From Eledone cirrhosa (lineage: Eukaryota): 64,000 bases of DNA. The stretch's first letter is position 1; each line of letters opens with the position of its first letter. The position numbers were made by a program, and so were the translations under genes. This document shows positions 53,676 through 64,000 of this stretch, in pieces. The notes below the pieces were generated by a model, which was not told the origin of the DNA, made no database searches, and saw only the letters and a program-made list of their open reading frames with translations. The DNA lies in NCBI GenBank assembly GCA_964016885.1, contig OZ024741.1, positions 214,830,001-214,894,000 of the forward strand. The letters are read 5' to 3'.

Positions 53676-54499
53676 CAACTGAGCGTTCCATAGGCGTATG
53701 CAGCTTGAACATAATTCTAAGGGAGATTCAACGTGACACAGTTTGTAACAATGTTGACCCACTGAATTTCAGATACAGTCCAATCCGCTGGGCTTCCAAA
53801 CAGTTTCCGTCTACCTAATGTAATTCATATGACTTGGGTCAACTAGAAGCTATGCTAAATAACACATACCTGAAATGCCACGCAGTGGGATTGAACCCTG
53901 GTACTTATGAATGCGAAGCTAGTATTTTACCCATTCGATTATGTTGTGTTCATTCGTGTATAAACATTATTGTATCAGAGTGAGGATTCCACAAAAACGT
54001 GTCCCCTTAACAAAGATATCAGGCGATTCAGCATGTCACATCGTGTCATAAGACCGGCTCCTTTAAATTGCAGGTACGTATAATTTTTGCCATTTGAAGG
54101 AATATGAACGACGTGAAATAAAGTTACTTGCTCAAGGACACAATGCTACAACTCTAACTCACAACCTTATGCTCTTGTTACAAATTTTCTTCTTAGACAT
54201 ACAAGTACAACCAATTCGACAAGCTTACAAACAGTTTCCGTCTACATAATTTCATTCATAAGACCTCGGTCAAATACCGAAGCTATTTTCTTACCCATTC
54301 GGTCATGTTGCATTCGCACTCATAATGTATGTATGTATGGTCCCGTAATCCCTTTTGAGGAAGTCGTAGCGGCTCCGTATTCATATACGGCTTTTCTTGA
54401 GCATTTTTTAACACGATGGAGCCCATCTCTCTCCGGGTCTGAATACAGCAATTTTTTTCAGACAAGGATATAGAGTGATTATGCTGCGCATCAGCGTTT

Positions 54500-55040
54500 C
54501 CTTGAGGCTTGGCCTCCGTATCTGCGAGACACACCAATGACTCTGTGGATCCACCGTGGACGCTTTCGGCCTCCACCCGCTTTCCTGTCGGCCGCCTTCC
54601 ATGCCATGCTGTCCTCAACGAAGTCATAAATCATGGTTTGGACGCTGCATACTTCCCTTCCCACCTCGAGCCGGTGGGGATGGACCGAGGGCACGGCAAA
54701 AGACCAGATGGTATGACCATCTTCCCGGCATGCCACTTGCACTGAGACGTTCTCCAGCCGCAACCTGGTGCAATCCGCGACTAACCAGGTTCTGCTGCAC
54801 GTCGGGCTGAGGAGGCCAAACTCTTCAAATACCGGTCGCTATTCGACAGGTTTTCGGTCGTGCCCTTGGCGGTGGAGACTTCTGGTGTCCTCGGCCCTAG
54901 GGATACCCCCCTACTCACCACCATAGGCGCTGAGCTGGCCAGCCGCAGGTGTGAGCCTCGCTAGTTGGAATGGCTTTTCCAGCGCGTCTCCCATGGCGTC
55001 CTCCGGGGAAACGCCTTCTCCATTATGTCCGCCGGGGCTG
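54500..55040 (+). pseudogene. CRE-clade non-LTR retrotransposon restriction-like endonuclease relic
   Basis: DAFGLHPLSC, HAVLNEVI, LEPVGMDRGHGKRPDGMTIFP, EEAKLFKY, VPLAVETSGVLG, FQRVSHGVLRGNA. Confidence 0.8.
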
Positions 55041-55708
55041 TGGGAAGGCCATCAATATGATTGACTGACTTGACATAGACTAGAAACAACTCATTTGTTG
55101 TTGCTGTGGATTAGATTTACTTGCTCTACACATTATTGTCCTTAAATATTGAGTACGATGTTCAATGATGATCTGTGAGGAAATGGAAATGAGAAAGACA
55201 TATAGAGGAAGAATCAGCCCCATTACTAGACTGGTACCTTTTTAAAGACCCCGCATGAATGAAAGGTAAAGTTGACTTCGACGAAATTTGAACACAGGGA
55301 GCATAGAGCCGGAATGGATGCGGCAACATATTCAATCCGGCGTTTTAACAATTTGACAATTCGTCGCCTCACCCATACTACACATTCTTAAAATATATAT
55401 GATGCGCTGAAGCGTTTTTCAACTAGAAGTTTTAAGTTCGGGATTTATTGCTGATGGAGGAGGGCGTGGAGGTGGAAGAGAGCGGGTGGAGAGTAAAATA
55501 CTTTAAGATTCGTGTCACTCATGGATCATTAAATATAGGTTTTGTGCTCTGAAAGAAAGTTATTTTCTTTTCCGTAAAATAAATTAGTGACTAGTTTCGT
55601 TTGTGTATACATACACACACACACACACACACACGCATATATATATATATGTATACACATACGTACACACATACATTAATACATATATACATACACACAC
55701 AAACACAC

Positions 55709-55749
<41 letters not shown>

Positions 55750-55751
<2 letters not shown>

Positions 55752-55871
55752 ACGAAGGAAATGTGGTAAGGAACCAGATGGACCATAACGCACCAAAGTA
55801 TTCAATACTTAGGGTAGTTGAGTGGGTAATAGAAACAAGTATGACCCCGACGGCAGAGCTCTGCCGTCGGG

Positions 55872-55909
<38 letters not shown>

Positions 55910-56226
55910 TAACAGATTCAAGTTTAAGCAAAGAATCGCTGCTTTCACCCTTAACGGGATCTTCTAAAACTAAAACAGTCAATCTGTAAACGCAGAAGTA
56001 AATATCTCAAAAAAATGTTGCAACCGAAGGAAGACAAGAAGATGATACTTTGGTTCGTGGAAACGTTCCCTTGCAAAGAACGGGAAAAAAACTATGATAA
56101 TACGTCATTATTTGGTGCGGTAAAAACAATTACAATTAAATATTTGCTCTACGGTTCTTATATATCTTATATATATTTATCCTTATCGAGCCCTCTTTGG
56201 ATTTTAGTCTTCAAATTTATTATTAT

Positions 56227-56232
<6 letters not shown>
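55750..56232. repeat. Family Y inverted tail ending in a hairpin (55750-55875) and a family Z inverted-join copy (55903-56232)
   Basis: CCCGACGGCAGAGCTCTGCCGTCGGG hairpin. Family Z parts match 5525-5750 and 42240-42400. Confidence 0.75.
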
Positions 56233-56267
<35 letters not shown>

Positions 56268-56307
56268 CGAAACATAAGTCAATTGCATGAACTCATAATC
56301 CTTTATT

Positions 56308-56359
56308 TACTATATATATTTCGATGATAGCCATTGAATGGCTATGACCTCATCAGGCA
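56308..56359 (-). ncRNA. Type I hammerhead motif with weak stem I
   Basis: Minus strand: TGC-CTGATGA-GGTC ATAGCCATT(C)AATGGCTAT CATC-GAA-ATATATAT-A^GTA. Confidence 0.6.
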
Positions 56360-57436
56360 GTTAGTCAGTTCTTAGATATGCCAGCTCTGTCTTTATAGTG
56401 TTATTGGTATCAGAGCCTTGGGACATATGAGCTTGTTAGGAATAATTTTATGTTGTCAGCAGGAATAGTCTTAATTCTCATTGGTCAGTTTGTAGATGCT
56501 AGTAGGGTTGGTATTTGACCTCAAAGAGGCAGGTGGTGCTGTAAAGTTCAAACTGTCAGGCAAGATGACAATAGTTCCATATGACTGATTTTCACAAAAA
56601 GCATTCCTGGTCAGATATATATTCAATTAAGGTTAATAGTATGAAATAGATACTACAGGACATTCATAAAATGAGGAATTTATGTGGAAGTGGTGCTACT
56701 GAAAATAATGGTTAGAGTAGAAAATGTACAAATAAAAAGACTTATGTAGGTTGGCTTGCACTACACTCACACCCACCTCCACAGACACACACACACATCC
56801 ACACATACAAATTGAGGAATTAATGTGGGGTGGTAATACTTAAAATAATGGTTAGAGTCAAATACTTAGATAGGTTAGAAAATTTAGAAATAAAAGGCTT
56901 ATGTTGGTTGACTTACACTCACACCTACCCCCTCAGACACACACACATCTACACACACAAATCCATACAGGTGTGTATATATATGTACGCACAAGTATAT
57001 ATATATATATATATATAAAATACATATATATATATAAAACACATATATATATATATATATAAAATATATATATATATAAAATATACATACATATAAAATA
57101 CACACATATATAAAATATACATACATATATATATATATATAAAATACACATATACATATATATATATATAAAATATATATATATATATATAAAATACACA
57201 TATATACACATATAAAATATATACATATATACACATAATACATATATATATATATATATATATAAAATCAGGTTCAATAAAACGTGGTTTAGATGACACC
57301 TAACCAGTAGAGGATCCGGTGGACCATCCACCATAGGGACCACAAATATGGGTGGTTGTTGTTGTCCATTGGTCATTGGTACGGGGTGTAGAGGACCTAC
57401 AGGGGGGGGGGCGTTGTGGGAGGCCTTAATCGGGGT

Positions 57437-58262
57437 TTAACCATATAGCTTGAGGAAAGTTCCCGTCCTTAGGTGTCTGCAGGCACCGAATAAGTCGGTC
57501 CTTCTGTTTAATAGCTTGGTTCCGCCATGAAGTATCTCGAGTGTCTCACTAAGAAAGAGATTGCGAATACCAGACCCGCCTCTGTCTGGGGGAACCTTTC
57601 TAACCACGGACCAGACCAGAGAGTGCGGGGTCTTTTCAAGTTTGAGCTTCCAGATCAATTCAAAAAGGGCCGTATATTCCTCTTATCTATTCTGTTAAAG
57701 GAATTGCGATTGTTATACCACCGAGCTTTGAAGCTCGTCTCTGTGGTTCCAATGTAGTAGTTTGCTCCGAGTTAGGGGTTGTGACCTTGCACCTGTAGAC
57801 TACGTTTTTCGTCATGCATTCATTACTAAGGGGGCATAATGATGGGGCTCTGCAATTACATGACTTCTTAAGCCCCACCACATGTACCGCGTGGTTACCA
57901 TCACTCGGGGTTGGCTGGGTAGCCTCCGCAATCAGCACAGGATCGTTGGGTTCCGGTGTGCTAGTTGGGCCTGTCCGGGTTCCGGTGCGTCCCGCGTGCT
58001 GGTTCTGTTGGGTGACTCCTGGGTTTACGGTGGTATTAGAGGCAGTGAGCCTATTCCTATTTATGTCCACTATGTGCTTGGCTACGGAGCGTGTGGTTGA
58101 GTAGGAAAGTTTCACCGTGTGCCTGTTGAATATTTTATGGTACTTGTGGGCCCTAAGGAAAAATGTATCCAGTACGCTAAAGAATGTTCTAGCCAGGCTG
58201 GTACGTAGACCCACCGAGTACGGAGGGTTATACTATGTGACCCTCCTGGTCCTATTCTTGCG
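57437..58262 (-). pseudogene. Naiad-type PLE linker and GIY-YIG endonuclease, frameshifted
   Basis: YNPPYS, HKIFNRHTVKLSYST, CNCRAPSLCPLSNECMTKNVVYRCKV, IGTTETSFKARW, IWKLK, LLNRRTDLFGACRH. Confidence 0.88.
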
Positions 58263-58633
58263 GGGTTGTTAGCTTCAAAAAACATCTTCCTCTCTTGTCT
58301 TGCGATTGGCTGTTGTTTTTATACGTCATCATAAATTCTGGTCAATATTTGCTCCCATACTGGCCATCAGCTACTCTCCGTCCGACACAATTCAATGGAC
58401 TCATGCTGGGTTTGGTATTTCACAAGTCCGCTCACGCACACATATATACACACACATACACACACATATACACATACACATACACACATACGCGCACACA
58501 TACATATATACGCATCCACATATGTACACACCCATATACATATACACACACACGCACATACATACGCCTGTTCTTATAGAGGGGCACAAAGACAGACACG
58601 CTCCCAAACACACACACACACATACACACATAT

Positions 58634-58714
<81 letters not shown>

Positions 58715-59204
58715 TGTTTATGTACACGCACATAAGCATACTCACAAACAATCCCTACCCTATGTAGGTGCACGTACACACACATACACACACACCCGCA
58801 CACACACACACACACGCACTGGCTCATATACATTCCAACAAATACGCGCCCAATTACCTCCGTATGTACGTACATCCACAAAGAACATACACCCACGCAT
58901 GTATATATCTGTGTCCGTACTCAAATGTGATATACTCATAGTCATATACATCTGCACAAAAGGTCATACAGGGTCATCCATGGAAGGATGCATCCTGTTA
59001 TACATGCACAAATATAGACCATGTAACCATATACATACATCCATACACATGCATGCATACATACACACATATAAATAAATAAATAAGTAAATAGAAAAAG
59101 AAATAAATGTATATATATATATATATATACACACATATATATACACACATACATATACATATATACACATACACATATACACATACATACACATACATAT
59201 ATAT

Positions 59205-59237
<33 letters not shown>

Positions 59238-59429
59238 CACATCTATACACACCCACACATACACACCCACATGTAAATGTACATATAGACACATACATAC
59301 ATAAAAAAAACTACAATATACTAAAATATGTATCTAACGTCGTACCTTAAAAGATGTATCTTGTATTACACATGCACAGATATAAACATTATAATCATAT
59401 ACATACATCCATACACATTCACGTAACAT

Positions 59430-59490
<61 letters not shown>

Positions 59491-59511
59491 TATACACACA
59501 CACACACACAC

Positions 59512-59544
<33 letters not shown>

Positions 59545-59552
59545 CACGCACG

Positions 59553-59589
<37 letters not shown>

Positions 59590-59609
59590 CTACATGCACA
59601 CACACACCC

Positions 59610-59646
<37 letters not shown>

Positions 59647-59731
59647 CACACATATAAAAACAATAAAATAAATATACAATACATCCATACAGATTCACGT
59701 AACATATACATATATAGTTACACAAACATGC

Positions 59732-59794
<63 letters not shown>

Positions 59795-60690
59795 CACACA
59801 CATATATCTATCTACTTACACACATACACATACACATATACATACGCACACGCATACGCATATATACACATATAAAAACAATAAAATAAATATATAATAT
59901 ATTAAAATACATTAAAATATGCATATAACGTCAAATAGAGATATATAAAAAAGGGGGGGGGGGGGGCGAAAGGAGAAGGTACATGTATTCGTGTGATATA
60001 CCACACATGGGGAGTGTGCGATGCACACTTAAGTCTGTGAACGGAACAAACAATAAGTGTTCCAAAGTGAAACACGTGGAGAGTATGTATTCACGATTGA
60101 AGAGGTACACATGTATGGGGGCGTGTAGCCCGGTCATATTGGGCTGTCACTGTGGGTGAGGTGTGTTGTCCTATAGGTGTTGGGTACTTGACTGTGTGGG
60201 TGTGTGTGAGAGAGTGAGTGTGTGTGTATATGTATATGAGTGTGTATATGTACATAGGTGCGTGTACATATGTGGATGCGTATATATGTATGTGTGCGCG
60301 TGTGTGTGTATGTGTATGTGTATATGTGTGTGTATGTGTGTGTAAATATGTGTGTGTGAGCGGACTTTTGAAATACCAAACCCAGCATGAGTCCATTGAA
60401 ATGTGTCGGACGGAGAGTAGCTGATGGCCAGTATGGGAGCAAATATTGACCAGAATTTATGATGACGTATAAAAACAACAGCCAATCGCAAGACAAGCGA
60501 GGAAGATGTTTTTTGAAGCTAACACCCCAGTGAGAAAATTTGTTCCGAAAGTATTGCATGTTTCCGAAGAACCTGCAGATCTAGAATCAGACAGATCCAT
60601 ACAATGATCGCGTCTCGAGCTCTCTCCCGGCGAAACAATTGTAACACAATAAACTGAGTCCAGATGCATCACTGGTTTTTCGTTTTATAT
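58262..60690. repeat. Family T: ~280-bp inverted arms (58262-~58550 / ~60225-60528) around a microsatellite-rich core, ending in an HHR-like motif (60559-60647, +)
   Basis: Mirror ORFs 58295(+) and 60134-60559(-) are nearly identical. 60520-60690 matches 18364-18535. Confidence 0.85.
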
Positions 60691-61051
60691 TATATATATA
60701 TATATTTATAAAATATTAAAAAAATAATGAATAAAACAATGAAACAGTTCCTTATATTAAACAAAAAAAGTTCATTATTTAACGATCGTTTCTAGGACAT
60801 ATATGTGTTAGAATTGGCATGCATATTCAAAAGATCTATGTACAAAATTATACAAACTATCAAAGAGAATATACATACCATCACATATATATGCTGTCTT
60901 CACATATATATGCTGTCTTCTTTCCATGATATCCGGATTACATTGAGTTCTTCATACGGATTGGACACTACCGTAAACTTTTGGTAGATTTATCTACGTA
61001 TATATTTATATATATATGGAGGGGGCGTTTCTGTGTACTCTGTGTGTATAC

Positions 61052-61074
<23 letters not shown>

Positions 61075-61085
<11 letters not shown>

Positions 61086-61403
61086 CTGTATTGGCTCTCC
61101 GTCGGTTGCGATGACGAGCGCTCCAGTTGATTCGATCAACGGAACTACCTGCTCGTGAAATTAAAGTACAAGTAGTTGAACAACTTACAGGCATGTGTAC
61201 CCTTAACATAATTCTCAGGGAGATTCAGTGTGACACAGATTGTGACAAGACTGGCCTTGCGAGTTGCAGGTACAAATCATTTTTGAATGGACAGGAACAA
61301 TGATAGTAAAGTGTCTTGATCAAGGATACAACGCGCTACTGGGAATCGATACCACGACCTTATAATCGTCAGCCGAAAACACTAATCATTAAATCACACA
61401 CCT
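61075..61403 (-). mobile_element. CORE-like SINE
   Basis: AAAGTGTCTTG.TCAAGGA.ACAACGC..GGGAATCGA reads as a tRNA-like head plus core on the minus strand. Confidence 0.65.
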
Positions 61404-61647
61404 TCACACACGAATAAAACAGCGTATCCCTAGCGATCGACTGATAAGCTGGAACCGTCTGTGTTCGTTTATTTTGTAGTTTTCGCTCATATATGTTACA
61501 TTCATTTTGAATGATGTTTATTACGTGGAACTCTTTTTTCAAATATATATATATATACAATATATATACATATCTCTCTATATATATAAGGGCGGTGCCC
61601 CAGCATGGCCTCAGCCGGACGGTTGGATCAGGTAAAAGAATAAAAGA

Positions 61648-61711
<64 letters not shown>

Positions 61712-62434
61712 TCTTTATATATATATATATATATAGTAAATGAGTGAAGAATAACATGGATCGTCTGTACAATAGGGTTTATTGAAAGTATTAACAAATG
61801 TTTCATTAGTCTGGCGTGTCTAAAAACCGCTGCTTGTAGAATTCTACGTCACTCGTTTTTAATTACAGTTGAAACCCGACCAAATCTTCAGAATACTGAT
61901 TTGTGTATATGATACAGTGCGCTTCCAGCCAGTTTCCGTCAATCTAATTTCATTCGCGTCTTGTGTTGAACCAAAAGTATTGTAAATGACACCCCAAGAT
62001 CCTTCACATAGAAACAATAGATTGGCAGAATCATTCGAGCATCGGACGAAATCCTTTCCAGCATTTAATTACAACATTTTACATTCTGAGTTTAAATCAG
62101 TGAAGTCAACTTTCTCTTTCACCCTTCTGGTTAAAGTACCAGTCACATATTCAGATCGTTATAGCCGACATTCAGCCTCCCTACAAATTGTTAGCCTTAT
62201 GTCCAAATTAATTATCATTTTCTGTAGGCATTTTTTTGTTTTTTGCATCGATCGACGAGAACTCGGACCTTACCGAGAGCGGTGGAACTCATCAAATAAG
62301 ACCAAGGGAATGTTTACCATGTTGTTGTTGTTGTTACAGCTCACACCTATGCAGGTTTAGCTGGCCTCCTCCAAGGTATATCTCGTTGGAAGTCTCTTGG
62401 GTGATTTAATGATAGGGACCCCAGTCCTATCATC

Positions 62435-62575
62435 TCATTTCTACAGCTGAGTAAACTGGAGCAACGTGAAATAAAGTGTCTTGCTCAAGGAAACAACACA
62501 TCACCCGGTCCGATAATTGAACTCACAACCTTTCGATTGCAAGCCCAATGCTCTAAACACTAAGCCATGCGCCTT
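62435..62575 (-). mobile_element. CORE-like SINE, 5' part
   Basis: Reverse complement of the 32531-32660 type. Confidence 0.7.
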
Positions 62576-62880
62576 CACCATGGTATTTCCATTACTGATA
62601 CTATTTACCGGTTGCAATTCCTGGCAGGAAGAGCGACATAAAATAAACTGTCTTTGAATTGAACTCGGATACTCACGATTGCTAATCCAATTCCCTAACG
62701 ACTAAGCCCCTCTCTTGAGTTCAAATCCCAGTTAAGTCAACTTTCCTTTCGTGCTTGTTTATAAAGTACCAGCCATATACTGAATTCGATGTAATGACCC
62801 CCCCCCCCCCCCCACGCACGCACACACTTACAAATTGTTGGCGTTGTGTCTGAATTAACATATTATATATAGGAACATTA

Positions 62881-63090
62881 GGGCGGTGGATTGGCAGTAT
62901 TGGTAGAGGGTCGAACGCCATGCTTTGCAGCAAAGAGTTACACCGCTTTATGATCTGAGTTCAAATCCCGCCGAGGTTAACTTTGCCTTTCATCCTTACG
63001 GGGTCGATAAAATAAAGTACCAGTCACGTACTGGAGTCGATTTAATTGACTTTCCCCGCCCCAAAATTGCTCGCCTTGTGCCTATATAAC
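62881..63090 (+). mobile_element. Meta-like SINE, full length
   Basis: Same family as 17537-17722. Confidence 0.78.
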
Positions 63091-64000
63091 AAACCATTTT
63101 ATATAGGAACATTTATTCTTATATTTTTGGTTCTTTCAGTTTGGTTGCTAATTTATGTCATTTACATGCATGCAGGGTCCCATAAATTCAGAGGGGGTTT
63201 GGGGGGCACCGTATTGACATACAGCATTTCTACGGCTCTTTCAAACCTGTTGGAGCCCATCCCTCTTCAGGTCTAAATGCATAGATTCCTTCCAGAGAAG
63301 GATAGAGAGATTGAAAGAATGGAAGTGAGAAAGCGATATAGAGGAAGAATCGATCCCAGTACTAGACTGATACTTTTTTTTATCGTCCTCGAATAGATGG
63401 AAAGCAAAGTAGACCTCAGAGTGATTTGAACTCAAGAGAGCAGAGAACCGAAACAAATACTGCAAATCATTCTATCCGACGTTCTAACGCCGACTTAATT
63501 AAGCTAATTTAATGTAATATTATATTTGGCACGACGTAGGCGTTTTACTTTTAATATATCTATTTCCCATTTATCACATTACATATGAGGCTAATATGAT
63601 CAACATCCCGAAGTAAGTTCCATACACTGCCTGTTTATTACGACCTGACCTGTGTGTAAATATATTAAATAATATTGTATTACCTAACATACATTTCTAT
63701 ATGACAAAAGCTCCCTTTGATAGCTACAAACATTCTCTAGCTATAACAATAACATAAACTCGTCGTTGATGTATAGTAAACAGACTCACCTTTCTTCTAG
63801 TGGTGAGTTTATTTGAACATAAAGCCACATATGTGGGCTTTGGTATTTCCTTTAATACAAATATACAATGACCACAGCTGAACAAAATTACCTTTAACAT
63901 AGCTGTCATATTAAATACTCTATAGAAATGGATGTTATTGTTTTGGGGACTGCAGTAGTTGTTGGAGTTGTTGTTATTTGTGTTGTTGTTGTTGTTGTTG

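Overview
AT-rich eukaryotic DNA saturated with repeats and (TA)n/(CA)n/(GA)n microsatellites. The SINE and LINE repertoire looks cephalopod (octopus-like); this is an inference. No host gene is recognisable, and most predicted ORFs are microsatellite artefacts. Recognised elements: a nearly intact RTE-clade LINE (48996-52283, minus strand, one frameshift) plus three 3' fragments; a decayed CR1-like LINE; a CRE-type endonuclease relic; four Penelope-like element (PLE) relics (three Naiad-type, one Neptune-type); an internally deleted mariner with long TIRs; non-autonomous Helitrons, one nested in another; many tRNA-derived SINEs; and two minisatellites. The main unexplained signal is about 30 type I hammerhead ribozyme (HHR)-like motifs found by eye, roughly 20 with a complete canonical or variant core, from about a dozen unrelated non-coding families. 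They sit almost always in (TA)n tracts, either as tandem or 1.x-mer units of 300-490 bp (retrozyme/circRNA-like) or as foldback palindromes carrying HHRs on both strands. Several show compensatory base changes and non-canonical cores (U3-A8, U4C, U4A). All folds were done by eye and need computational and biochemical confirmation.
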